A stretch of 63,885 nt of DNA, the filler included, from Octopus bimaculoides (taxonomy: Eukaryota), in assembly GCF_001194135.2 (NCBI RefSeq). It is 10 parts of 7 records of this genome, joined end to end, with 100 filler letters (N's around TTAATTAATTAA, not from the genome) between each part and the next. Parts side by side here need not be neighbours in the genome. Positions count along the whole stretch, not along the records: positions 50,864 to 56,739 come from NC_068991.1; positions 56,840 to 62,074 come from NC_068988.1; positions 62,175 to 63,885 come from NC_068994.1; 7 more parts are not named here. One strand, 5' to 3'. Below the pieces are notes generated by a model. It worked only from the letters and a program-made list of their open reading frames with translations. It searched no databases and was not told where the DNA came from. A program made the translations under genes and the position numbers. Shown here piece by piece: positions 51,546 through 63,885 of the stretch. How positions within the stretch are numbered: position 1 is the first letter of the stretch; every line of letters starts with the position of its first letter.

Positions 51546-53579
51546 ATGCCTATGAAAGTGGTGGGGGGGGAGGAGAATAAAATAAGTAGCAGGAATTAAA
51601 AATAATTAACATCAAGGCCGATTTGCTCAACTAAACTAGTCAAGGCAGTGCCCCAGCATGGCCGCAGTCCAATGACTAAAACAAGAACAGGGAGATAAAA
51701 AAAAAAAGACTATTTATTTCCGTTATTTGCTCTACTCTATCTTCAATCACTTACAGACTCCATGCTTAAACACTTCAACCAAAGCTTAACCAACCTCAAA
51801 TGTAACCCTCTTTACTGTCTTGCAAGCAGAAAAACTACAAACATTTATGCTGGGCATAGAAGGGGCCTGTAAGACTGTTAATTAGACCCTGTCAGATTAA
51901 ATAACCAATAAAGGCTAGATTAATTAACTGACAATTCGTTGATTAAGCAATCGACAATTCACAGATAAATAATAGTTTTTATGTATCCGACTAAGTTATC
52001 TCCCTTTACACTGATGTCAACTGTGCAATTTGTTATCTTACAAGATTGGATGAAATAAATGAGAGAACATCAGGTCCATATAGTCTTTAAAAGCCCATGA
52101 CTAACCCTGATGCATTCTTTGGTCCTTCGTGCTTCAGTCACTAGACTACGACCATGCTGGAACACCACCTTAACCCTTTAATGTTCACATTGCTCAGTCA
52201 GCTGTAATGTGTATTTCTTCACATCATTTTAAATTCATCCTGCATTATCTGTAGTTTTCAGATTTATATTAATAGGTCTGACTTACACCAGAGTACAAAC
52301 GACAGAGAAATAATTAAAGGGATAGAAGAAAAAGTCCAACAGCTGCTGGTGGTGGTCGGCAATCCATAAATAAATGTTGGCAGAGTTAGTTCATCACAAC
52401 ATGTGGCCGTATGGATGCAATTAACATTGGACAAGACAAGCCGCCTTGTTTATGCTCAAAATGACATTCTAGGGAAGGTGTGAGATGTCAGATCTGGTCA
52501 GTTTGAACATTAAACAATGTAGAGTATTTTGGCCAGGTATGGCTGGTTTAAATACTAAAGGGTTAAAGAATATTTTCTTTAACAAACCAAATCAACCTCT
52601 ACAATTTATTGTATCTCTTCATATTCTATTATCCCCTTTTCAATACCAAACTACAAAGTTACAAAGCGATGGATGGATGGATGGATGGATGGATGGATGG
52701 ATATAGGTGCAGGCATGGTTGTGTGCTTAAGACATTTGCTTCTCGGTCACATGGCTTTTGGTTCAATCCCACCGTGTGTATAGCAAGGGCAAGAGTCTTC
52801 TTTAAANNNNNNNNNNNNNNNNNNNNNNNNNNNNNNNNNNNNNNNNNNNNNNNNNNNNNNNNNNNNNNNNNNNNNNNNNNNNNNNNNNNNNNNNNNNNNN
52901 NNNNNNNNNNNNNNNNNNNNNNNNNNNNNNNNNNNNNNNNNNNNNNNNNNNNNNNNNNNNNNNNNNNNNNNNNNNNNNNNNNNNNNNNNNNNNNNNNNNN
53001 NNNNNNNNNNNNNNNNNNNNNNNNNNNNNNNNNNNNNNNNNNNNNNNNNNNNNNNNNNNNNNNNNNNNNNNNNNNNNNNNNNNNNNNNNNNNNNNNNNNN
53101 NNNNNNNNNNNNNNNNNNNNNNNNNNNNNNNNCCCAAATTACAGGTAAAAACTCAATTCAAATCAATTTATAAAAAATCAAAATTAAATTGAGCTTTATA
53201 GATTATAATATATTATAGATTATAATATATAAAAATATATATTCATGTATACATGCACACACAAAAATATATATTTCATTCTCACTCTCTCAGACATGTG
53301 AAAAGCCATGCAGCTCCATTTCACCAACCTGCTCAACCTCAATTTCCTCCCCCACACCTTACCTCCATATAACATATGGTCACAGCACCTTCCTTCCCGG
53401 GGTTTGTTCACTGGCGGCATGAAAAGAAGCTCCCAGTACACACTGTAATGTGGTTGGCATTTGGAAGGGCATCCAGCCATAGAAAGCATACCAAAGCAGA
53501 CACTGGAGCCCAGTTCAGTCCATTAGCTCATCAGATCCTTATCAAATCATGCATCAGTCACGAGACTACGACCATGTTT

Positions 53580-53815
53580 AAGGCAGCGAGCTGGCAGAAA
53601 CGTTAGCACACCAGGCAAAATACTTAGCGGTATTTCATCTGCCATTACGTTCTGAGTTCAAATTCCGCCAAGGTCGACTTTGCCTTTCATCCTTTCAGGG
53701 TCAATAAATTAAGTACCAGTTACACATTGGGGTCGATGTAATCAAACTTAATTCCTTTGTCTGTCCTTGCTTGTCCCCGCTATGTTTAGCCCCTTGTGGG
53801 CAATAAAGAAATAAG
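53580..53815 (+). mobile_element. SINE family A monomer
   Basis: AGGCAGCGAGCTGGCAGAAACGTTAGCAC...CCCCTTGTGGGCAATAAAGAAATAAG. Confidence 0.9.
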
Positions 53816-54363
53816 ATCCTTATCAAATCATCCAACCATGAAGATGCATGGTTTAGTGGTTAGAGTGTTGGATTCATGATTGTAAGATTGTGGTTTCAAT
53901 TCCTGGGCTGGATGATGTGTTGTGTTCTTGAGCAAAACACTTCATTTCATATTGCACCAGTCCACTCAGCTGGCGAAAAAGAGTAATCCTGTGACAGATC
54001 AGCATCCCATCCAAGTGGGGAATATATAAACCATCAAAACCAAGAAACTGGCAATAATGAGTCAGCATGACTCGAGAAGATAACATTACTTCCTTTTTTT
54101 TTTTTTATTAAGTCATCCAACCCATGCAAACATAGAACATGATCATACACACACACACACACACACACAAAGGGTTTGGATTACAAGAGCAAACATTAGG
54201 AGGATGAATTTAAACGACCTAAAACTCAGAGTATCAAAGACTGCAAATACCCAGTAGACAGAACCCTAAAGTTTGAAAATATTTGGCAGGGAACAATCAG
54301 CCTTGAAAAATATTTCCATTTTTGAAAGGCAGCTTATTGTTTGAAACATGCATTCTAACATAT

Positions 54364-54401
<38 letters not shown>

Positions 54402-55293
54402 CTACACCAGAATTAAGTATTTTAAAAGAAGAGTGATAGTTTCAAAATGGACATTATTTATGAAAGACACACATATATCTATTCTGCTGCAATATAATGA
54501 CTTGAGGAGAAAAAAATAAGAGGAAAATTAATCTTAAAGACATTTATTTGCAGTTTTAAAAATGTAGTTAATTTGAAGAAACATAGCCAAACATTTATTT
54601 TTGTTATGCTACATCAAAATAGTATTGAAAATATAGGTGAAAATTTAAACAGTTCCTTTAATGGATATTTCATTCTTAAAATTCTCAAATATGTCCCTTC
54701 ATTTCTTTCAATACGAAAACAAGCATAACCAAACAACAAACCGGTAAAAATATTGAAAGAAACATGCATCTGCTTATCTCCCTTTTCCTTCATTCTTTCG
54801 CTTCATAATACCAACATATGAAATTCAGTCCTTTCAAACATTCTATTTAAAATTTTGTATTAAACGGTAAGAGGAAATCTTAAATAATGAGACTATTTGA
54901 AGAACAGAAACATTTAATAAATCAACAATTTCAGTTTTTCGATTAAGTCTTCCGATATCACATGACTGCAAAATTATTCTGTATATTTCCTTCTAAGTAA
55001 ATACATATGCCATAACCAGCTTGCTTTTGTTGTTCTGACATTGTGTAATAAAAGTAAATAAAGTTAAGAGATATCTCCCTTTCAGAATTCTAAATATTCT
55101 AAATATTCATTTAGAACAATCTTCCACTATATTTTTTCCTCTTAAATATTTGAAAATTCGGTGGTTCTGAGTTCGGTTGTTCAATCTTTTGACCTTATGA
55201 CATTTAGGTCATTTGAATTCAGTCTTATGATCAGCACCTATATATATATATATATATATATAGACGTATGTACATACATACATATATATTTGT

Positions 55294-55340
<47 letters not shown>

Positions 55341-55379
55341 GCAGTAAAANNNNNNNNNNGTGTGTGTGTGTGTATAACT

Positions 55380-55745
55380 TTTAACTTTATTTTTTTCACT
55401 TGTTTCAATCATTAGACTACAGCCATGCTGGAGCACCGCCTTGAATTTTTAGTCAAATGAATCGACCCCAGTACTTTTTTTTTTTTACAGTCCAGTACTT
55501 ACTTTACAGATCTCTTTTGCCAAATTGCTAGGTTACAAGGAGCACAAAAACACCAACACTGATTGTCAAGCGGTGGTGGGGGTCACACAAGCATAGACAC
55601 CACACGCAACGGGCTTCTTTCAGTTTCCGTCTACCAAATCCTCTCATGAGGATGTGGCCAGCCTGAGGCTATAGTAGAAGGTGTCACACAGTGGGACTGA
55701 ACCCAAACCATATATGGTTGAGAAGCAAGCTTCTTACCACACAGT
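55380..55745 (-). mobile_element. SINE family B, near full length
   Basis: Tail (GCCATGCTGGAGCACCGCC), second module, core and head in reverse order. Confidence 0.8.
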
Positions 55746-56079
55746 ATATGTATGTGTGTATACAAAAACAAAATTATACCTTATCCTTTATATGTTTCAG
55801 TCCATGGGCTGCAGCCATACTGGAGCACCACTTTGAAAGGTCACAGTATCGGAGTTTCCTAGACTCGGGGGCCCCTAGACCCGTTCCCCTTCCTACCCCC
55901 AACCAACCACCCGGTGTGGTCAACCAAGCCTTAAGACGGTGACATAGTCAAACAAATCATTTTTTTTTTTTGTTGTTGTCGTTAAAACTTGGTGTCTTAA
56001 GTTGCAGGGACAAAAACAAACCAAAAGTAGTAAGGGTCAGGGGACGAACATGAAGACATATGCACATACAAGCATGAAC

Positions 56080-56215
56080 ACAGGCTACTTTCACTTTCTG
56101 TTCAATGAAACCACTCACAGGGCCTTGGTTGGCCCAACGCTATAGTAGAAGCCAACTTCCTCAAGGTGTCGCACAGTGCAACTGAACTCGGAACCATGTG
56201 GTTGGCAAGAAACAT
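56080..56215 (-). mobile_element. SINE family B, 5' module
   Basis: CCACTCACAGGGCCTTGGTTGGCCC...CTATAGTAGAAG...ACTGAACTCGGAACCATGTGGTTG. Confidence 0.7.
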
Positions 56216-56465
56216 GCCAATGCTAACGTGTGTTAGAGAGATCAACAGAACCAAATGTGTCAGTTGTGGACACTACCTTGCTGCAATGTCTCACTTGCAG
56301 CATGCTTTCTATGGCTAAATGGCCTTCCTGGCACCAATGATATTACAGACAGTACTTGGTTGCTCTGAATTCTTCCTTCAGTTTTTTTTTTTTTTTCCTT
56401 TTATGTATTTGTACGACCAACACAGCTGAAGTCTTGTAACAAGCAAGACCAAAGAGCTTTTACAT

Positions 56466-56502
<37 letters not shown>

Positions 56503-56619
56503 TGTGTGGTTAGGAGAAAGAACAGTGGCATTAGACGAGGGAGTTGAGAAATTGAAGCAGAATGGGAAGAATTGTTTTATTGCTGGCAGAGGGCGAGAAA
56601 CCGAGACTGTGTTAGATAA

Positions 56620-56739
56620 GGAAAGGAATGATAGAAGAAAGGAAAGGAATGATAGAAGAAAGGAAAGGAATGATAGAAGAAAGGAAAGGAATGATAGAAG
56701 AAAGGAAAGGAATGATAGAAGAAAGGAAAGGAATGATAG
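56620..56739. repeat. 21-bp minisatellite (GGAAAGGAATGATAGAAGAAA) x~5.7, running into a gap
   Basis: Exact tandem copies; source of the KERNDRR-repeat ORF. Confidence 0.95.
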
Positions 56740-56839
56740 NNNNNNNNNNNNNNNNNNNNNNNNNNNNNNNNNNNNNNNNNNNNTTAATTAATTAANNNNN
56801 NNNNNNNNNNNNNNNNNNNNNNNNNNNNNNNNNNNNNNN

Positions 56840-57092
56840 ATGTATGTGTTGTTGCGTTTTCGTTTTTTGGGTAGAGTACTGCTGTGAAATAGGCGTGTAG
56901 GATCGAAATGTGTTCCTCACGTGTCCATTTATGCCGTTTTGGTTTTGTTTGCGGGACATGAGGAACAACGTCCAGCCCTTTATTTTGACGGTCGTCGTTT
57001 TCGTAGGGTACCGGTTCGTTTATTTCTGTTGTCAGATTGTTTTGCACGTTCATATCTTCGTATTTTTTTCTTAACAAGCTTACAGTACGTAC
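56840..57092 (-). mobile_element. 5' end of a second R4/Dong-like LINE, truncated by a gap
   Basis: Open reading ...PQTKPKRHKWTREEHISILHAYFTAVLYP..., like the KWT-x-EE...AYY N-terminal motif of this clade. It begins directly after the (TAA)n tail of the upstream copy. Confidence 0.6.

Positions 57093-57157
<65 letters not shown>
57093..57157. repeat. (TTA)n tract separating two Dong-like elements
   Basis: Pure triplet run. Confidence 0.95.
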
Positions 57158-60100
57158 TTCTCTATATCACTGGTTTTAATGGAGCTCCTGGGTTTCTTGC
57201 ATGCGTAGCGGGCTTACTACCTGCAGCCTACGCTACCCTACTACTCGTTCTTTTAAGCTATCTAATACTTTCCTGATTATACTCACCGTGCCAAAGAGAC
57301 ATAGCTTTTGTAACAGTTCTACTGGGAACACTATTCCAATTTCCTTTACATTCCTCTTGTTGCCTTCTGACACTACTATTCCCAAGGACCCAAAAATAAT
57401 TGGCACTATCTTCACCTTTTTCATTTTCAATAGCCAGATTATTTCGTACTTAAGAAGTTGGCATCTAACTATCTTTTCGCCTTCCTTCTTCAAAATCTGT
57501 GGCTGAAAGCGGCGTGCAACATCAACTATATAGCATATATGGTGCAGCACCTTGTCCTCCACCACTAGTTCCGGTTTGCTATGGTCTAGACCTGATCTGT
57601 TTGGATTGACAATATGAGTGCAGTTCCAACTAATGCCAGATTTTGTAATACAGCCAGATTGTAAGGCATTTCTAAGTTGCCAGATGTGTTTCCAGGATAG
57701 GTGGTATCGAAATCCATGCTCCGATGACAATAGGAACAAACTTTATGTTTGACTCTCGTAGCTGCTACATCTTGGCGATCTCAGTTCTAAGGTCTTCATA
57801 TTTATCAATCTTTATTCTTTCTTGCAGGATAATATGTTGAAATCCGTGTAATGCCACGTAGATTATTAGGCACTATCGTTTGTGCCCCAGAAAGGTTACT
57901 ATACCAGGCATTCGGTGTTCTAACACCATGTCTGCCTGGAAGTCAAAGTCCGAGAGGATTTTTACTTTCCCTTTTCATCCATTACGTTTACCGGTGTAGT
58001 TGATACCAAACACCCGTTACCTCATATTCATACTTTCGGCATAGTAGCCAGTGAAGTTTTCGGGTTACCTTGTCGTATCTGCGCTTGTACTCTTTCTGCG
58101 CAAGACTTTCACAAGCACTAATAATGTAAATCACAATTTCGACCCCCTTCCCACACCTTCTGCAGAGGTTCGTTACACTTGTGTGGTATATATCCCTTTT
58201 CACTGAGATGGTATTCAATGCCTGATCCTGGACACTGATGGTTAGGCTTTCAGCATTCTTTTTAGGTCACACTTGCTGTGCCACCTTTGCGATGCTTCCT
58301 GTTTTTTTTTAAGCTGTTAGTTTCACAGTGTAAATGACTACGTAATTCCATGCCCAGTGGAGTTTCTTTTCTCTCGTTGGATATTCGTAAACGGAATTCA
58401 TTCGCACTCTCACGTCCATTTTTGGTAAATCCTTTTGCATTAGCAGCGTACTGTAGCAGGTCTTGTTTGCTGTTTATCACCAAATATCCTGCCATGGTTC
58501 TTCTTTTACTGTTGATTCGCTCCCGTCCGCTAGTTAGACCACATCCACCTTTACATCTTTTTAGGTAGGACATATGTACGTTCGCCTTAGGATGGAGGGC
58601 ACTATGCTTTGTCACTGTCTTTTGGATGGCGAGATGAGTTGGTTAATTTCTGCTCGTGTCCATTTCAGGATGGGTGAACGATAGCGGACTACAACAACAA
58701 CCCATATGTTGATGGCAATCACGAGGTTCGTTGAGTTCAGTTTTGATTGCTAGAGAAGATGAGGTACTTCAAACATGCAGTGATGACCTTGTCTTTTATT
58801 CGTCTGCCTAAGATATTGTCAACCTCCAGGACCCAAATGTCCCTGTACCCATCATCATTTATGTTTTCCATTCTCTTTCCGCTTAGAAATTCTATGCCCC
58901 TACAATCTGCTATTTTCCCCTTTATTGAAAGTGAGCACCGCACACTTCGAGATACCGAATTCCATCCCTATATCTCAGCTCATAGTGCACGTTAAATTTT
59001 CCGTAGGACTACATGAAGTGGAATCAAGGCTATAACAAATAACAATGGGGATTAACGATCTCTCTTTCGATTGTTACCTCGGCTAAGTGCTCGTTGTTAC
59101 AGAAAATACTTGTTTTTCCAACTAGGCATGCTGCTCTTAATCAGAGCACACACGTTCTTAGTTATTCCACACTTGGCGGCTATTTCCAAAATCCATGAAT
59201 GCGGCAATATGTTGTAAACCTTTTCAAAGTCTATTCAGGCCTTGCACAAGTTTTTTTGGTACTGTTTGCAGTTCCTCATTACAGCCTTTTTGTACGTGGA
59301 TCATTTTCGGCATCCCTTTCGTTTTACAGGAAGTCGATTGTTTTCCGCAAGGAACGTATATATATTTCCCCTGTGAGGATGATTGTTAACACTTTCCTTA
59401 AGAGATTAAGACAAGCAATAGTCGATAATTGCCAACCTCCATTGCTCTTGGATCGATCTTTCGTCACAAACGTTGTTTTTTCTTCTACAATGCTAATTAT
59501 CTAATTGCAACGCAGTTTCTTTTGTACTGATCTAAAACACTTGAGCCAGTAGCCTGAATTCCTTCGATTCCTGCCGCTATCCAGTTTAGTAGTTTGGATA
59601 CCTGTGCAATTATATCTACTGTTGTTATGCGTACATGGTCCTGTCGTGGAGCATCCGAGCGATAGAGTTCGGATCTTATGGAATGGAACGAATCCACTCA
59701 GTACCATGGTTGCATGAAACTTCTTACTCCAAGATGTTATTCCAAAATTGGCGAGTTTCATCTACTTTAGGAGATATATTATCCTCTGTATTTCCTCTTA
59801 AGCTCTTAAAATTTGCCTCTGGTTATTTGAGAATTACCGGTTTTGCTAAAACTGCGATATGCGATCAGTGTAGCGTTGCACCTTTAATGATCTTGCCAGC
59901 ACACGTTCTTTTAGGGTTTCAATAGCACCTTTCATCCCTTTCTTTTCTATTTGGTATTTTGCGTCAAGATATGCCGTAGCAGACTTTTTAGCCTTCTTCT
60001 ATGCGACTAATTTCTCTATGCAAAGTTTTAATATCACCTTCAATTCTCCGCTTCCACCATGGTTTCTTCTGTCCGTCTGCTTTCCTCTTTCTTTCCAATA

Positions 60101-60200
60101 AAATTCTTTCCTACTAAAACTGAAGCAGATCTGATCAAGTCATTTCTTTCCGTTGGATCTTTTGTCAGAATGTAAAGAAATCAATGGAGACAATATTAGG
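57158..60200 (-). mobile_element. R4/Dong-clade non-LTR retrotransposon (RT, CCHC knuckle, REL endonuclease), 5'-truncated and decayed
   Basis: Colinear fragments: PWWKRRIEGDIK, RT-region pieces, LHPKANV..(L)YL.R..GG.GL, CRRCGK.VE...IISACESLAQKEYKRRYDKV..KLHW, and KIVPIIFGSLG...LLQKLCLFGTVSIIRKVLD. The 3' UTR ends in (TAA)n. Confidence 0.88.
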
Positions 60201-60833
60201 GTCTCTCGGCCTTATAGTACTGATATAAGTATAGTAATAATTGTGAAACTATAGTAGTGAAATAGGAAATACCATATAGTGGGTCTGTTAGGCTAATGAT
60301 ACCCTATGGAATCTCGTCTGTTGATGCCCAGGCAGCGTTTATGCGTATACCATTGTTGACGACGCCAGACTGAATGATAATGCTCCGATGTGGAAAGAAT
60401 AGTAACATACTTTTGGTAGCTGCAGTTGGGAATGTATGTTTGACATGTTGACATGTTTATTTGCGAATCAATTATACTTTGGAGTCTCCATTTTTCTGAA
60501 TTGTTCTTTATTTTAGTAGGACTGAGCATGCTTTTTAGACCATGGTTTATGAGGTTTAAATATATTGATATTGCATGATTGACTTCGTGGATAATGTTAG
60601 GAAGCTAGGATAATAATTAATGGTGTCTAGTTTGGGGAGGTTCTGTGGTACACACATACACACGAATTCAGTCACTCATAGAAAGAAAATCAACGAAACG
60701 GAGGAAAGATATTCATTTACATAGATCAAAACTTATATCATACATGGCAAAAAGAGATACAAACACGCAATCCAACGAGAAAAAGTATTAAAAATAACCG
60801 TGAACAAATATGAATGTATAAGCGCCCTCGGGC

Positions 60834-61281
60834 AAGCTGCATTGCGAGAGTGCACTCCCTCATACAAGCATCCGCAAGAATGTGAGCGTACGCACACATG
60901 AGGTTTGGTGCTCTCATGATGACAAAGGGGGCGCCATAGTAAGGTACGCGAAACCATACAATATAATTTCCAGGAGATGCCGTCTCTGAGGAATCTCTGT
61001 CTATTCTGTGGACTAACAAGATCTTTAGCAGGATTCTAAAATAATCTCGAGTGGCCTACACGCATAAAAATGTACTTTCTGACAATTCAGTAGGAATGAA
61101 TTTTGAGTAACTGTTAACATAATATAATTTACTTTAAGGAATGGATGACTTAAGTTTAATTTTAACCTCCCGATTCTTTCAAACACCAGGTAGATAGTTA
61201 ACTCGCTTTCTGATCATGAGTACACAAAACCTCACGTGTGCGTATGCTTGTATGAGCGAGTGCACTCTCGCCATGCAGCTT
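60834..61281. mobile_element. Foldback/MITE-like element with ~70-bp imperfect inverted arms
   Basis: 60834-60920 is the reverse complement of 61213-61281, apart from a few mismatches and an ~17-nt insertion in the left arm. Confidence 0.65.
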
Positions 61282-62174
61282 TCACGTTAGTTTAACGAGC
61301 TGTATTTATTTATCACCCGACAAGATATATCTGCACCACCGGATGCTCTTGTTGTTGAGTGTCCCATCCGTGAAGGATCGGTGCTAGGTATGTCGAAGCA
61401 ATTGTAATGATTAATAATAAACTCTCGTATATTTCAACTACCGTCTTCCATTTGCTATATATGTGTGTGTGTCTGCGCATGCGCCTGCGTTTGTATATGC
61501 ATACACGCAACGAATGTAGATCTTTCGTATTTTTCTTCTTTTAGTTTTGATGTATACACACACACACGCACACACACATGTTTGAATTACGGAAAAATAT
61601 GGATAAGTACTGTTTTTTATTTTGCTAAAGATTTTCTACTATTTGAAACTAATATGCATTCTTGTTTGTTTATATTATTCATTTGGTTCTTTATAGATTA
61701 TTTGTAATAGATAACTTATTTAACACTAAATTATTTAGAAGTTATAGTTTCATTTCAACATAATATTAGAACTTCGATTTGAATAGTGTTGATATATTTT
61801 CGATTATTTTTGATTAATAATATTTGATTAATAATCAATCTTTATCGTTTATAATATCGTTAAAGATTTTTTAAAATTAAAACTTTGTATATATATATAA
61901 AGTTTAATCTTTTATTCTTAATAATTTTTTCTTTCCTAATTTTTTCATTCATAATTTTTTCCATTCATAATTTTTTCATTCATATTTTTATTATTACGTT
62001 TGTAGAAATAAATAATCTTGTATTTTTCTATTATTCAATTGATCTTTAATTATAATTAAATAAACGTCTTTAGCNNNNNNNNNNNNNNNNNNNNNNNNNN
62101 NNNNNNNNNNNNNNNNNNTTAATTAATTAANNNNNNNNNNNNNNNNNNNNNNNNNNNNNNNNNNNNNNNNNNNN

Positions 62175-62228
<54 letters not shown>

Positions 62229-62293
62229 GCACAAACACACACTCACACACATATATATTTATATATATACATTCATTTATATGTAGATATATG

Positions 62294-62333
<40 letters not shown>

Positions 62334-62659
62334 CGTATATAGGGAGAGAGAGACGCTGTGTTGTGTCTTTATGAGGTGTAAAGGTGCGTATGTTTTTACG
62401 TGCGTGTATGTTTCATGTGTGTGTATGTGTGTATGGGTCTGTGTATGTCTGTGTGTAGATAGAAAGGTAGATAGATATATATAGATAGGTAGAGAGATAG
62501 CTAGTACATTTATATATGTGTGTGTCTGTGTATGTGTTTAAGCGATAACTTATATACACATAACACCTACAAAAAGGTGTATACATACGCTCTCATGCAC
62601 TTGTGCATACGCATACACACTTATAGAGTGAAATAAAGAGATACAAAGATTGGATCTGG

Positions 62660-62660
62660 C

Positions 62661-62701
<41 letters not shown>

Positions 62702-62862
62702 GGCAGGTAGGTAGGTAGGTAGGTAAGTAGGTAGGTAGGTAGGTAGGTGGGTAGGTAGGTAGGTAGGTAGGTAGGTAGGTAGGTAGGTAGGTACGTTCGT
62801 ACATATATCCATACATACACACATATGCAGATAAAGGACCAGCAGACAGACAGACAGGCATG

Positions 62863-62961
<99 letters not shown>

Positions 62962-63110
62962 CTCACTTATTAACAGGCAGATAGATGGGTAGACAAAAGG
63001 ATTGATAGATACATACATGCACACATACATACATACATACATACATACATACATGCACACACACACACATACATACATACATACATACATACATACATAC
63101 ATACATAGGT
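62660..63110. repeat. Compound tetranucleotide microsatellite field (AGAC, AGGT, AGAT, ACAT)
   Basis: Consecutive tetranucleotide runs; the overlapping ORFs are artefacts. Confidence 0.95.
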
Positions 63111-63422
63111 AAGTAGGTTGGTATTATACGCACAGAGCCAGAGAAGGGGTGGGCGAGTTTGGGGTGGCGGTAACTAGCTGGTTGAGTAGCCATTCAATAT
63201 GTCAAGCCATGTAGTATATGGGCGACAGCTTGTATAAATTTGCCCGCTGGAGTTGACGACTTCTTCCTGTCGTCTTTCGAAAGAATGATCTCGAATATCT
63301 GAAGGAAACGTCGACTCTTCATATCTTTCCCACAGCGTTTCATGGCCAAACACACACAAACGTCCATTTATCTAGCTGACTTCAGCTTGCCTGGCTGTCT
63401 GCCGGCCTATATAACACGCAAT

Positions 63423-63463
<41 letters not shown>

Positions 63464-63618
63464 TGCATGTATACGAGTATATGTGTAGGAGTATTTGTAT
63501 GTATGTATAAATATATATATATATATATGTGTATATGTGCGTGTTTGTATGCATATGTATGCATGTCCATGCATACATGTATGTGTGGGGGAGTGCATGC
63601 ATAGGTAAATGTGTGTAC

Positions 63619-63662
<44 letters not shown>

Positions 63663-63841
63663 CAACACTTATCTATGTGTTTGCATACATGCCATGTCAT
63701 TGCATGTACAAATTTGTGTTTTGACTTAAGTACGTGATCATACATACATACATACATATATATATATGCACACATGCATATATATATTTATATGTATATA
63801 TATGCATATGTATAAATATGTATATATATATACGCATACGC

Positions 63842-63885
<44 letters not shown>

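Noticed and set aside
56504-56791. ORF with KERNDRR repeats
   Set aside because: It is the translation of a 21-bp minisatellite ending in a gap.
60985-61030. CTGAGGA followed by an ATCT...AGAT stem, hammerhead-like
   Set aside because: No GAAA box follows the stem.

Overview
Repeat-rich animal genomic DNA, most likely from an octopus (inferred from the SINE types, microsatellite load and the mollusc-like T-box sequence). It contains many N gaps, nine of which carry an artificial TTAATTAATTAA scaffold linker. The only host coding sequence is the first coding exon of a Tbx2/3 (omb-like) T-box gene on the minus strand (41651-42021). That exon ends at the conserved KSGR|R phase-2 donor, and a CCAAT/GC-box promoter candidate lies at about 42.1-42.36 kb. 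No downstream T-box exon is visible in the 41.6 kb to its left, so that region is probably one very large intron, unless exons are hidden in gaps. The rest is decayed mobile DNA: a near full-length RTE LINE and several RTE fragments, R4/Dong-like REL-endonuclease LINEs at (TAA)n tracts, Penelope-like elements, a mariner relic, MITEs, Helentron-like ends and more than 20 SINEs. The most notable unexplained structures are minimal hammerhead-ribozyme motifs tied to Penelope-type ends (20.2 kb, 12.2 kb, possibly 0.8 kb), a 763-bp element bounded by a perfect 28-bp inverted repeat that carries one of them, a perfect 31-bp-stem hairpin at 4964-5040, and a long-inverted-repeat element at 60.8-61.3 kb. 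Element boundaries are read by eye and are approximate unless stated otherwise. No database search was run.
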